From an uncultured Candidatus Bathyarchaeia archaeon (GTDB lineage: Archaea > Thermoproteota > Bathyarchaeia > 40CM-2-53-6), in NCBI GenBank assembly GCA_964601325.1, contig CAZRNA010000006.1, positions 1-54,140 on the forward strand: 54,140 bases of DNA, read 5' to 3'. Every line of letters starts with the position of its first letter. The first letter of the stretch is position 1. Both the position numbers and the translations under genes were made by a program. Below, piece after piece: positions 27,635 through 37,640 of the stretch. Below the pieces are notes generated by a model. The model saw only the letters and a program-made list of their open reading frames with translations. It had not been told where the DNA came from and searched no databases.

Positions 27635-29421
27635 GCTTGCGGTCCCTCCGAGCCGTGTGTCTCGGCGGTTAGTTTGCTGAATTGGTCATCCAGATTCCCT
27701 TCGATTCTTGCTGCGAGTTCATCGAATCGCTCTGAGGGTTCGATCTTGCACCGCGCGATCTCCTGCCTAACAGGGAGATCTAGGATCCGCTGGAGGGTTA
27801 CCCCATCCTCCACAGCCTTCTCCATCTTCTTGTGGAACTTCATGATCAGGCGCATCATCGCTGTAGTCTTCTCAGGCGAGCAGTAACTGTCGACAGGATG
27901 GAGTGCGCTCTGAATGAGAAAGTCCTCCTTGATCATGCGAGCGGCTTCAAGCGTTGCCCTCTGACTATCTGATAACGCATCCGGACCAACGAGCATTACG
28001 ATCTCTCTCAGCTCCTCATCTTTCTGCAGAAGCGACATCGCATCTTGCCGAATGTGCTTCCAGGGTTGCTTGGTCTTCTGCTCATACCATTCCTCGACTG
28101 AGTCGAGGTAAAGCGAGTAGCTCGTCAACCAGTCGATGGCTGGAAAATGGCGTCTCTCGGCGAGCGACTTGCTCAGAGCCCAGAAGACCTTCGTGATTCG
28201 GAGCGTATTCTGCGTTACAGGCTCGGAGAAGTCTCCACCGGACGGTGAGACCGCGCCGACGGCTGATATCGAGCCAGTCCGTTGCTCACTGCCGAGAACT
28301 TCCACTCTGCCTGCGCGTTCATAGAATTCCGCCAACCTCGAAGCCAGGTAGGCAGGGTATCCTTCCTCGCCAGGCATCTCCTCTAATCTACCGGAAATCT
28401 CTCTGAGCGCCTCTGCCCATCGAGAAGTGGAGTCAGCCATCAAAGCGACATCGTATCCCATGTCTCTGAAGTACTCTGCCATCGTGATGCCTGTGTAGAC
28501 GCTCGCTTCTCTTGCCGCGATTGGCATGTTCGATGTATTCGCGACCAGTATCGTCCGAGCCATAAGCGGCTGTCCGCTTCTAGGGTCCTTCAGTTCCGGA
28601 AATGTCTCGAGGACTTCAGTCATCTCGTTGCCGCGTTCTCCGCATCCGACATAGACTATGATTTCGGCGTCGGCCCACTTCGCAAGCTGTTGTTGCATCA
28701 CCGTTTTTCCGGTGCCGAATCCTCCGGGGATTGCGGCGGTTCCTCCCTTTGCTATTGGGAAGAGGAAGTCCATTATTCGCTGGCCTGTGACGAGTGGCAC
28801 GACGGAAGAGAGCCTGGATTTGACCGGCCGCGCCTTTCTAACCGGCCAGGTGTGCATGAGCTGGAGCTTCACGAGCCCGTTCTGCGTCTCGACCTCAGCG
28901 ACGTCATCTGTAACACGGTAATCGCCTTCCTTCACAGCTGACTTGATCGTGCCGGTGACACTGGGAGGAGCGAGAATGTGCTGTTTGACAAGGACAGTCT
29001 CTGACACTTCTCCAAGAATGTCGCCTCCCACAACCTTCTCGCCAGCCTTCACTCTTGGTATGAAGCGCCAAGTCTTCTTCCGGTCGAGTGCAGGTGACGT
29101 AACGCCACGCGTGATGAATGTTCCCGCGATCCCCATCAGGGTTGGGAGCGGCCGCTGTATTCCGTCATAGATCTGATTGATCATCCCTGGACCTAGTTCG
29201 ACGGAGAGAGGGTTCCCGGTCCTTTCTACACGCTCGCCGGGTTTGATGCCAGCGGTCTCTTCGTAGACCTGAATGGTCGCTTTCTCGCCCTCGACTCGAA
29301 TGACTTCTCCTATCAGGCCTAGGGTGCCCACCTTGACGAGCTCGTACATCTGGGCGCCTAGCATATCGTGGGCCACAACGACGGGGCCTATGATTCTCTC
29401 GATGACTCCTGGCTTGTACAA
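27631..29421 (-). CDS. atpA: A-type ATP synthase catalytic subunit A
   Basis: 596 aa. Walker [11 protein letters not shown], then [11 protein letters not shown], and the non-homologous region typical of A subunits. The start is TTG. It overlaps atpB by 4 nt. Confidence 0.95.
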   Translation of the reverse strand: MYKPGVIERIIGPVVVAHDMLGAQMYELVKVGTLGLIGEVIRVEGEKATIQVYEETAGIKPGERVERTGNPLSVELGPGMINQIYDGIQRPLPTLMGIAGTFITRGVTSPALDRKKTWRFIPRVKAGEKVVGGDILGEVSETVLVKQHILAPPSVTGTIKSAVKEGDYRVTDDVAEVETQNGLVKLQLMHTWPVRKARPVKSRLSSVVPLVTGQRIMDFLFPIAKGGTAAIPGGFGTGKTVMQQQLAKWADAEIIVYVGCGERGNEMTEVLETFPELKDPRSGQPLMARTILVANTSNMPIAAREASVYTGITMAEYFRDMGYDVALMADSTSRWAEALREISGRLEEMPGEEGYPAYLASRLAEFYERAGRVEVLGSEQRTGSISAVGAVSPSGGDFSEPVTQNTLRITKVFWALSKSLAERRHFPAIDWLTSYSLYLDSVEEWYEQKTKQPWKHIRQDAMSLLQKDEELREIVMLVGPDALSDSQRATLEAARMIKEDFLIQSALHPVDSYCSPEKTTAMMRLIMKFHKKMEKAVEDGVTLQRILDLPVRQEIARCKIEPSERFDELAARIEGNLDDQFSKLTAETHGSEGPQA

Positions 29422-29751
29422 GTGAATCGACCGAGCTGAGTGCTACGTCCTACTGGAACGGTGTTGGTAGATTCGTATCGCAATTAAGCATTTCCAGAAA
29501 CAAGGTCAGGGGAGCCGCGACGTCACAGAGATGCTAGCGTCTCTGCAGCGTGGAGAAGGCACGCCTAGCGCCACCTTGATGGAGTACTTTGATTCAACTC
29601 TCTTGCTTATACTCGGCGGCCAGCGATTCTTCAAACGATCAGTGCAATGATATCGATCAATGAAATGAAACGCAACAGCGAGCAGCTCGTTGACTGTACT
29701 GTCAGAATTGAGCAGATGCTGATGCAACTAGCCGCTGCAGAATGAAGTCAC

Positions 29752-30747
29752 CTAGAGCAGGAAGCGTCCTTTCTCCATCAGTTTCCTATCGTCCACCCAC
29801 AAGGTGGCATCTTTCATGATCGCGTCTATGTGGGTTTGCGATTCCCAGTCTGCGCCTGTCTCATCCGTATAGGGGTCGCCGAAGGCGACATGGATGGTCG
29901 GAAACTTCTCGTCTTGAAGTAGGTTTCCAATGAGCTTCGTCAGGGACATGTTCGTGCCGATTGCGAACTCGCCGAGTCTGGTGCTGTTCTTGTCTGTCTG
30001 AAGGTACTTCACCAATTCGCTCTGCAACTTGCTGTTGGAGCACCTGATTGAGGAGGGTTCGGCTCGCGAGTTCCTCACATTTATCGTGACGGGCGATCTC
30101 TCCAGCACGCCATACTTGTCGCTGAACCAGTCGCCAAGCTCATCAGCTACTACTGTTCCTTCTGCTTTCCATGCTGCGGTGAATAGCTCGCCATCAGGGA
30201 GATTGCCCCAGTCTCCCTTCTTTCGGAAGATTCCGTCGGACACCTTCCATCTCCACTGAGGATTGAATTCGACAGCCAAGTCAGATCCGGCCGCTGTGGT
30301 AACACGTGCCTTCTTGGCAGTTCCCACGCGTTGATGAATCCGTTTCGTGAGTTCAGATATCTTCTCGTAGTCAGCGCACATGCCTTCTTCCATCAGCTGC
30401 TCGTTCACGGAGGGCATGTGTCCATGCCTCGCATACCGTTTAGCGAGCTTGATGAATGGCATCCTAAGGCCCAGTTCGCCGCTCATGCTTCGTGCGGCGT
30501 AGAACGTCACATTCGCCCAAGGAATAGCCTCCTCTAGAGGCTTGGGAAGTGATGTCAGGGGACGCTTGCCAAAATCCTCCAAGAACGCAATCTTCACATT
30601 TCCCGGACTAGATTTCTCGGCTGCCCGCTTCAGTGCTTCCCCGATCCTACGGGTGAAAGAGTCTGTCACTATGAACACGTGCTCGCCTGGCTTGACTCCC
30701 ATACAGACTTCAACTGCTATGCGCGCGCCATCATCCACTGTGCCCAA
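29752..30747 (-). CDS. aminopeptidase, M29 (AmpS/PepS)-like
   Basis: 331 aa. GEFAIGTN and HVAFGDPY motifs and the overall pattern resemble the COG2309 aminopeptidases. Confidence 0.65.
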   Translation of the reverse strand: MGTVDDGARIAVEVCMGVKPGEHVFIVTDSFTRRIGEALKRAAEKSSPGNVKIAFLEDFGKRPLTSLPKPLEEAIPWANVTFYAARSMSGELGLRMPFIKLAKRYARHGHMPSVNEQLMEEGMCADYEKISELTKRIHQRVGTAKKARVTTAAGSDLAVEFNPQWRWKVSDGIFRKKGDWGNLPDGELFTAAWKAEGTVVADELGDWFSDKYGVLERSPVTINVRNSRAEPSSIRCSNSKLQSELVKYLQTDKNSTRLGEFAIGTNMSLTKLIGNLLQDEKFPTIHVAFGDPYTDETGADWESQTHIDAIMKDATLWVDDRKLMEKGRFLL

Positions 30748-31063
30748 GAGAGAATCACGAGCTTTCGATGCTCAGAGTAAGCGTATTAACGCTTGGGCTA
30801 TTTCACGGGAAAATCTCGTGCCTGAATTGTTGGGCGCGCTTACGCAGTCAAAACAAAGGTTTAGGCGCCGATTGTGCGTTCCGGCTATAATCGGGTGTTC
30901 GGGAACTCCGCCCCGGTTGCTGGTTGATCTTATGATCGTGGACTACCCATTTCTCACAAAAGAAGCTGCCTGCATTCAAGCCACTACCCACGTCAAGAAC
31001 ATCGCTTCACAAAGAGTCTTAGAGAGAAGCTGACTTGAATAGTCTGATAACTGCAAGGTTGCC

Positions 31064-32269
31064 TTGGTTAGTCGACGTATCGTGATCCGCTTCATCAGAG
31101 TCGCCGAATCAAAGGCCAGATTTGCAATCGCACTCATCTGCATCATACAAATCGGAATCCTACCATACCCCGCAACTGCATGGTCAATTGACGCTCACTC
31201 AGCAATCGCGAAAGCCGCGACAGAGCTGCTTCCAAGCCCATGGAGACAATTCTTTGCATACTACGCAGAGTTACTTGCTGAAACTGCAACTTATCCTGAC
31301 ACCTACTATCGTGAAAGCGACCCGATCGAATCGCCGAGACACTTCATAGATCTGGAAATCTGGAACCCAAACGACCTGTCAACTGGCACACTTCCACAAG
31401 CAGTCGAAGAGTTCACTGGAGAAATGGAGTCTGCGATACGAGCGAAGGATTGGAACAGCATGTTCATTGATGCTGGCCAAGTATCCCACTATGTGGCCGA
31501 TGTTACTCAACCGTACCACACAACAGTCAACTATGATCCTCAAACCAGGAATGGTGTCGGAGCGCATCAACTGTTTGAGTCGGCAGCTCTTGCTCATCTG
31601 TCGGAGATTAGATTGGTGGTCTCCGCTGATGTGGGACCTGTCATGCCGATCAGCAATGTGACTGATTTTATCATAGAGACAGCTGTCCGGAGCCACTCCT
31701 TCCTGTCATCCATCAATCAAACCCTCATCGACGAGGATCTACAGTGGAGCCCCGAACTTACCCACATTGTCGAGAACAGGACCAACGCGGCAATCATCGC
31801 GACGGCCAGAGTCTGGTACACTGCAATGGTGAGGTCCAACTCCCCGCCACCAGAACTACCAAAGACCGACGAGCTTTCAATCGTTGTTGAGAGCATCGCT
31901 CTGAATAGCACGAGCTACGGGATCATCAGACTTTGTGTGATTGATTCGCTTGGAGTGAAGACGCGAGCCGACGTGTCCTTGAGTATTGACGGATCAACCT
32001 TCCGAGGGCAAGTGGCAAATGTCGTGCCTCCTGTCGGCGAGTACGTAATCGTCGTGCCGTCAGGAACGTACAACGCCAATTTCGTCTTCACGGCACAGAA
32101 GGAAGGATACCGACCTGCAGTGGTCACCCTTTCTATCGGTACCCCTACAACGAGTCCCACAATCGCCGTGGTGAATGTTCCGTTTCCAACGGTCGTGGCC
32201 TTGGCGGTGATGGTGGCTGCCCTCGTCGCGCTCATCTGGCACCGAAGAAGGTCCAGCCAGTGTCCCTGA
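31064..32269 (+). CDS. membrane-anchored S1/P1-nuclease / zinc phospholipase-C-superfamily hydrolase with a C-terminal beta-sandwich
   Basis: A signal-like N-terminus is followed by AWSIDAHSAIA (compare WGxxGH), RHFIDLE, and HYVADVTQPYHT (compare H..GD.HQPLH). A C-terminal CarboxypepD_reg-like segment is followed by a TM helix and RRR. Confidence 0.5.
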   Translation: MVSRRIVIRFIRVAESKARFAIALICIIQIGILPYPATAWSIDAHSAIAKAATELLPSPWRQFFAYYAELLAETATYPDTYYRESDPIESPRHFIDLEIWNPNDLSTGTLPQAVEEFTGEMESAIRAKDWNSMFIDAGQVSHYVADVTQPYHTTVNYDPQTRNGVGAHQLFESAALAHLSEIRLVVSADVGPVMPISNVTDFIIETAVRSHSFLSSINQTLIDEDLQWSPELTHIVENRTNAAIIATARVWYTAMVRSNSPPPELPKTDELSIVVESIALNSTSYGIIRLCVIDSLGVKTRADVSLSIDGSTFRGQVANVVPPVGEYVIVVPSGTYNANFVFTAQKEGYRPAVVTLSIGTPTTSPTIAVVNVPFPTVVALAVMVAALVALIWHRRRSSQCP

Positions 32270-32274
32270 TGCCC

Positions 32275-33048
32275 TCACGGATAGTTGAAGCCCATGTTGG
32301 CAACTTCAATCTGTGACGGCGAATGTGCGATAATCTCGGGGGCTCCCTGGTAGAGTTCGATCGTTCCCGTGACTCGAACTTCCTTGTTGAGGTAGAATGA
32401 CGCAGGCGAGAATTGGAAGTTCTTCACATCGCTTGCGAAAATTGTGACTTCGAAGTATCCTTGGTAGGGGTCGTGAAAGTCCAAGAACACGGTTCCCTTG
32501 CTTGAGACATACGTGCGCACGATAGTGCCTTCTACCGTCTTGGATTGGCCGACGTAGTTTGCTGCCTGAAGATAGGATACCACATTCGCATTGGGAAGCC
32601 ACTTGCCATTGGGTGACGATGTGGTGCTCGTTGTGGTTGTGACGCTGACCGTGTCGTGAACAGTGCTTGTGACGGTAAGCGTGTCATGAACGGTGCTCGT
32701 GACGGTAACGGTCACCGGGGGTCTAGCCCACGGCCCGATTGCGAATCCTGCGGAGAAAGCGATTATCACGATGAGAATCGTGCCGACGAGTTGAGGCCGC
32801 AAGTGGAATCTGTGCTTACGAACTCGGGAGACGGGCTTCCTGACCTCTCCGTATCTCGGGGGCACGTCCTGCCAGGACCCCTCATCCCAGAACTGTGAGG
32901 TCTCTTGAGGAGCAGTTTTGGCTTTCATGCTGGATCCACAGCTCGGGCAGACTTGAGCGTGAAGTGGTGTCTCAGTCCCGCAGCTTGGACAACGTGGCAA
33001 GACGAGGAAGCGCTTTGAGGGCGATTGCCCGTCGTCGGTCATTCGCAT
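32275..33048 (-). CDS. zinc-ribbon / TM / Thr-rich linker / OB-fold-like ectodomain protein
   Basis: The start was moved to the ATG at 33048 (MRMTDDG..). Zinc ribbon CPSCG..x..CPSCG, one TM helix (LVGTILIVIIAFSAGFAIG), a TVTSTVHD repeat linker, and a C-terminal VGQSKTVEGTIV....S.KGTVFLDF......F.V.IF......F....Y..KEVRVTG.IE.Y.G.PEI that looks like a tRNA_anti-like OB fold. Confidence 0.5.
   Translation of the reverse strand: MRMTDDGQSPSKRFLVLPRCPSCGTETPLHAQVCPSCGSSMKAKTAPQETSQFWDEGSWQDVPPRYGEVRKPVSRVRKHRFHLRPQLVGTILIVIIAFSAGFAIGPWARPPVTVTVTSTVHDTLTVTSTVHDTVSVTTTTSTTSSPNGKWLPNANVVSYLQAANYVGQSKTVEGTIVRTYVSSKGTVFLDFHDPYQGYFEVTIFASDVKNFQFSPASFYLNKEVRVTGTIELYQGAPEIIAHSPSQIEVANMGFNYP
32639..32716. 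repeat. 30-nt tandem repeat, about 2.6 copies, inside the CDS
   Basis: GTGACGCTGACCGTGTCGTGAACAGTGCTT / GTGACGGTAAGCGTGTCATGAACGGTGCTC / GTGACGGTAACGGTCACC. On the minus strand it encodes TVTSTVHDT(L/V) repeats. Confidence 0.7.
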
Positions 33049-33225
33049 CAACGGGGTTGTTTGTTTGCCATCGCAAAGATAAGGCACTTGCGACTGAAAC
33101 CTATTTCGCGGAGACTTCTGGAGCTTGGCGGTTTCAGAAGAGATGCAGATGAGTTCTAGAACCAGAGCTACTTCCAAGGTCATTTATCGCCAACTCAACA
33201 TATAGAGTCACGTGGTCTTGGGGCG

Positions 33226-34116
33226 TTGAACCTTAGGTCGATCCTGCTCGTTCTCCTTCTAGTAGTCGCGTCCGTGATTGCCGCCTTCGAGTATGTCCAG
33301 AATGCGCAGCTCTTAGCCGAGAATCAACGGCTCAAGAAGGAACTGTCTGACAGCAGTCAGCGTCTTCTGACGTTGCAGGCTCAACTGAACGAAACCCAAG
33401 AAGAGGTTGAAAAGCTTCGGATAGACATCGCGAAGCTGCGTGAACAGCTCAGAATGGCAGGGTCCATAACCGTCGGGCTAACCTTTCTCTGGCAACTAGG
33501 TCCTGAATGGGCTGTCCCGCTGTTCCGGTTCAATGTCTCGGATCTGCAAAGAATCGTGCAAATTATGAACGATGTAGAATGGGCTGGCTCAGGCGTGTAT
33601 TTCTTCATGCGACACGCGGCGCCGGAACAGCTCATGTCCGACACATGGGGACCACCATGCACGATGCCGTCAAACATCTGGCCGAAGCCAGATGTCTCCG
33701 AGTGGCAGCCTTGGGGGGCGGAAGCTTGGCAGCTTTTCCCCGAGAAGGATATACCAGTTGGCATATTCGACAGTGTTGGCACAGACGAGAATGGGTCTCC
33801 TATCGGGGGATGCGTTTGGAAGCCTGAAAAAACAGAACAGGTGTTCGTGGCCATTGCGTTACCTATGTCGGAGTACCCGATGACCGTGAACACGACAGAA
33901 GGACCGAAATCTGGCATAGAACTGCAACTAAACGTTGAGGCTTCAGCGGGGCTACTTACCCACGAGCTAATGCACGTTTTTGGATTCAGTGACGAAGAGC
34001 TAAAGGCGAAAAACATGTACGATCCACGATCTGCGCTTCCGACTGAGTGGATTCCCCGGATTCAAGCAGCCGCCAAAGCGTTTGAAACCAATCCCCCTCA
34101 ACCTGGCTCAGGTTAG
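33226..34116 (+). CDS. membrane-anchored coiled-coil protein with a metzincin-like HEXXHXXGXXD domain
   Basis: It has an N-terminal TM helix, an approximately 60-aa heptad-rich segment (QRLKKELSDSSQRLLTLQAQLNETQEEVEKLRIDIAKLREQL), and the C-terminal motif HELMHVFGFSD. Confidence 0.5.
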   Translation: MNLRSILLVLLLVVASVIAAFEYVQNAQLLAENQRLKKELSDSSQRLLTLQAQLNETQEEVEKLRIDIAKLREQLRMAGSITVGLTFLWQLGPEWAVPLFRFNVSDLQRIVQIMNDVEWAGSGVYFFMRHAAPEQLMSDTWGPPCTMPSNIWPKPDVSEWQPWGAEAWQLFPEKDIPVGIFDSVGTDENGSPIGGCVWKPEKTEQVFVAIALPMSEYPMTVNTTEGPKSGIELQLNVEASAGLLTHELMHVFGFSDEELKAKNMYDPRSALPTEWIPRIQAAAKAFETNPPQPGSG

Positions 34117-34266
34117 CGATGCAGGGGCCGATGCAGCTACATGGTTGAGAGTAGCAAGTCTAGAAAGGATCCTTTGTCTTGTAGGCTTTGATCAGTAACA
34201 GCGTGGACACCAACGGCAAGGCTTTTCCAGATGCGAAGACCATGTTTGTGGGTCGACTGAGAGTTC

Positions 34267-35727
34267 TTGTTCTCTCCTGCCAAGCTTCGAACTCGGCTTA
34301 GTCTGTTGATGTTACTGAGCATTGTTCTTGCGTCGAGTGTTGGGTTGGTTCCGGTTGCTGTCTCAAGCGCGCCGTGCGTTTGTGGGCCCAAACAAGTGAT
34401 CATTCTATTATTCGACTTCCAAGATGTGAAACACAACTCATCCAATACACTGCAAAAGTATCAAGAGATCATCGTGGCAATGGACGAGAGCTTACGACGC
34501 CAGAGCTATGGAAAGCTGTGGCTCGTTGGCGGTAAAGTCTTTGATTGGAGACAGTCTCCATATGTTCTGGATGCCCTCGTAGGCATCACAGAAATCTCAC
34601 CTTACGGATCGGTACGCCACGCAGGCGAAAAGAACGCCGCCATCCTAGCTGATTCGACACTTGAATCCGCTCGCCAGTGGTGGATAGACCCCGACAAGTA
34701 TTTCTTCGGAGTCTATGCGGGTGGCGTTTGGCCCGTTGCGTTCCCTGCCAAGGGTGTCAGTGTCATTGGTGAGAATTGGGGCGTCGCGACCTACATGCAC
34801 GAGTTCGGACACCTAATCGGCTTACATGACATCTACAATCCCGGGTCGATCGGAGAATGGGATGTCATGGGCCTTGCAGGGAAGGAAGAACCGCTGGAAA
34901 AGAACGAGTTCTCTGCTTGGTCAAGAATCCAATTGGGATGGCTCACAAGCGACGACGTGGTCATCACAAAGGCAATACCGGCCACTTTGCTAGAAGTCGA
35001 GTCGATCGATGAGCTTAGCGGAACAAGGGCGGTCATGGTGCCTGTCCATGCACAGACACCCCAATACTATGTTGTTATTGAAGCTCGGTCCACAACACTC
35101 GTCATCTACTCTTTCGCAGGCTATTTCATCGAACACGAGACCGTTGATGTCATCTCTTGGGAGGATTTCGCTTGGGAGCAATCGCATGTCTACAATTTCA
35201 CCTGCCTAGCTATGATCCAAACGTTAAGCGAAGAAGGACTTGGGCGAGTCTTCACCGGCGAATCGACACCAATCAGTGCGGACATCGGAGTGGTTCTGCT
35301 GTATACTCGGCCGCATAGTCTGAGAATCAAGCTCACCAGCAACGCCGATGCAAAGAACGCAGAAGAAGCGCTCAAGGCGATTGGTCTTGCTTCAAATGTG
35401 TTGCGCGGGATTCTATTGAAGAGCAACAAATTGAATGAGGCAGGGGGATCATTCCAGAACGGAGACTTCGATGCTGCAAGAAGCTCGGCGGAGAAAGCGA
35501 AAGCGGAAGCTCCGATCCTGCTTACACTGCAAGCAACTATTCTAGTCTTGGTTGTTGTCTGCCCAATTGTGGGGATACTCTTGTACAATCGAAGAAGGAA
35601 GAGCGTGAAAACGACGTTGAAGCCAACTCCCGCCAAAGCTGTGGGGAGCAAGTTCTGTCGTCAATGTGGAGCAGAGATACCTCGCGACAGCACGTATTGC
35701 GAGAAATGCGGCACTAGACTCGCCTGA
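34267..35727 (+). CDS. M6 (InhA)-like metzincin peptidase with a C-terminal TM helix and cytoplasmic zinc ribbon
   Basis: It has a signal peptide, the motif HEFGHLIGLHDIY (HEXXHXXGXXH/D as in the M6-family domain), a TM helix ILLTLQATILVLVVVCPIVGILLY followed by RRRK, and a terminal CRQCG..x..CEKCG. Confidence 0.6.
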   Translation: MFSPAKLRTRLSLLMLLSIVLASSVGLVPVAVSSAPCVCGPKQVIILLFDFQDVKHNSSNTLQKYQEIIVAMDESLRRQSYGKLWLVGGKVFDWRQSPYVLDALVGITEISPYGSVRHAGEKNAAILADSTLESARQWWIDPDKYFFGVYAGGVWPVAFPAKGVSVIGENWGVATYMHEFGHLIGLHDIYNPGSIGEWDVMGLAGKEEPLEKNEFSAWSRIQLGWLTSDDVVITKAIPATLLEVESIDELSGTRAVMVPVHAQTPQYYVVIEARSTTLVIYSFAGYFIEHETVDVISWEDFAWEQSHVYNFTCLAMIQTLSEEGLGRVFTGESTPISADIGVVLLYTRPHSLRIKLTSNADAKNAEEALKAIGLASNVLRGILLKSNKLNEAGGSFQNGDFDAARSSAEKAKAEAPILLTLQATILVLVVVCPIVGILLYNRRRKSVKTTLKPTPAKAVGSKFCRQCGAEIPRDSTYCEKCGTRLA

Positions 35728-35977
35728 CGTTGTCTCGATCTTGAGTGGGACAGACGACTAGTGCATTGGGATAGAAGAGGACTGAACCAGAACTCTCAAG
35801 AGCGGAGAAGACCATAGTTGGCCGCGTCTATTCTTTGCCAAAGCGTCCCAAGTCCGGAGATAGTCTTCCTTTTTCTAGGCCGGAACTCCCTTCCCCTTTC
35901 TTCTTAGTTTCAGATGTCTCCGTGATCCGGCGCTCCATCCCTTGCCGTCTTATCCGCCGGACTTTCCCTTGCCTTGT

Positions 35978-36247
35978 ATGCGGGAATCAGTGATGGGGAG
36001 AACGATACCGTCATGGCGTATCGTCGTCGAACAAGAAATCGTAGCGATGAACAGGTTCAAGCAGTTCCTCGGGCCTGAAGACCGAGCTGTCTTCGATGAC
36101 CTCCTCAGCCAATGTAAGCTCTACGCGGCGGAGGCCGGAGTCCTCGTCTCACCCGTCAAGGAAGTGCCGCTGCTGCTATCGATGATCTTCGCTCAGCACA
36201 AGAGACTCGTAGAGCTCGAAAGACAGCTCAACGAGATCTCGAAGTGA
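35978..36247 (+). CDS. hypothetical protein
   Basis: The ORF opens at 35942 (TTG). Internal ATGs at 35978 and 35993 are more plausible starts. The protein is helical and soluble-looking, and I recognise no family. Confidence 0.35.
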   Translation: MRESVMGRTIPSWRIVVEQEIVAMNRFKQFLGPEDRAVFDDLLSQCKLYAAEAGVLVSPVKEVPLLLSMIFAQHKRLVELERQLNEISK

Positions 36248-36344
36248 TGTTCGATATTGTCTCGTACGATAGCGCTTCCTGAGAGTCCGCGTGTTTTCAT
36301 TGGTCTGGTCGTAGAGTTATATCTCTTGCCCGCTGAGGTTCGCT

Positions 36345-36983
36345 TTGAATGAGGATTCCGTAGGCTTGATTCCATTCAAGTTCCTTGATGATGTGATGAG
36401 CCTGAAACGTGTTCCGAGGAGCGGCTGGATAACATATAGAATCGGCAAGCATGACGTGGAATCTGTCTCTTCGCATTCCTATTCGGTGGCCGTGATTGCG
36501 CTCACGATGTCTGAGATCATCCGATTGCGGAAGCTGGAAGTGGATGTGGAGCAGGTGTTGAAGATGGCGCTCCTCCACGACCTCTCCGAGTCGCTGACCT
36601 TCGATATCAGCAAAGCGTACCTACGATACCTCGGCAGAAAGGGCTCTCGAATGAAAACACGCCTCGAAAAGAAGGCAGTCTCTCGCGTGCTAGCGGATCT
36701 TCAGAATGACCGGCTCGCGCGCACATTCAGGACAACCATTGAGCGCTATTCTTCCTCGAGCTCGCTTGAGGCGAGGATCGTACACTGCGCTGACGCTCTA
36801 GATCTTCTACTTCAGGTGATCGAATATGAGAAGATGGGATACTCGAAGGCCACTCTGGACCCCATTTGGAGGGAGACCAGATCGAAGTTGATGAAGTACA
36901 AGCTCCCGCTCGCCAACGAATGGTCACGTCAACTACAGCGAGTCAGAACGGGGCTTCGGAGCAAGACTAGACAGGCAGCATGA
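36345..36983 (+). CDS. HD-domain phosphohydrolase (YfbR-like 5'-deoxynucleotidase)
   Basis: LKRVPRSGW....G....ESV..HSY.VA..A and LLHDLSES match the HD motifs of the YfbR family. Confidence 0.75.
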   Translation: MNEDSVGLIPFKFLDDVMSLKRVPRSGWITYRIGKHDVESVSSHSYSVAVIALTMSEIIRLRKLEVDVEQVLKMALLHDLSESLTFDISKAYLRYLGRKGSRMKTRLEKKAVSRVLADLQNDRLARTFRTTIERYSSSSSLEARIVHCADALDLLLQVIEYEKMGYSKATLDPIWRETRSKLMKYKLPLANEWSRQLQRVRTGLRSKTRQAA

Positions 36984-36996
36984 AGGCGCATTGTCG

Positions 36997-37428
36997 TCAA
37001 ATGATGCGGATGTATTCGCTTGAGACCTGAACGACTCCAACGTCCGGTTCGAGCGCCCATACCCCGAACTGGTTTATCGCAGGATCAACCACAAGGGCGA
37101 TGACGAACGGCGAGAATTGCAGCAGCTTCCCGTGCGTCGTCATGTCGGTTTCTGACATGAATATGCCGTAACCGGGATGAGAGTGATACCATCCAACAAT
37201 CCTACCGTCAATCTTCCCTCTTACTATGTCGTCGGCAACTCTGGCCAGCTTGTCTGCGGGGAGCACGCATGATGTTTCCGAATCACTGTCTCCTCCGATT
37301 ACGATGTCGTTTACCCATAGTCCGTCGTCAAGGAAGGATCCGATCAATAGCCCGATGCGCTCATATGGACGCCTTACGTCGGCGGAGATTCGGTCCAGTA
37401 CCATGCTCGCGATGTTGATGTTGAACAA
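36997..37428 (-). CDS. JAB1/MPN/Mov34 (JAMM) metalloprotease
   Basis: A Glu in the ERIGLLIG segment plus the JAMM motif GWYHSHPGYGIFMSETD (HxHx7Sx2D). 143 aa, stand-alone. Confidence 0.8.
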   Translation of the reverse strand: MFNINIASMVLDRISADVRRPYERIGLLIGSFLDDGLWVNDIVIGGDSDSETSCVLPADKLARVADDIVRGKIDGRIVGWYHSHPGYGIFMSETDMTTHGKLLQFSPFVIALVVDPAINQFGVWALEPDVGVVQVSSEYIRII

Positions 37429-37640
37429 GCTGTTCGCCGTCTTGGGCCATCTTGCACTATGCCCATGTGGAAATAAGCATTGACGGTCTCAACACGAGTA
37501 TCCTCATGGCTGAGAGGCAGGAATCAGCATATGACTCAGCAAGATATCAATCCTTAGAACAGCATGTTCGAACACTTGGATTCATATCAAGGGCGACGCA
37601 GTATGCGGCGACGACACAACCGATGATGGAGGTGAATTGA

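Noticed and set aside
37452-37640. A 62-aa ORF ending exactly at the SIMPL gene start.
   Set aside because: Its 3' end contains the strong Shine-Dalgarno site (GGAGGTGA) for the SIMPL gene. Its composition is unremarkable, it has no recognisable motif, and it starts with TTG. It is probably a 5' leader.
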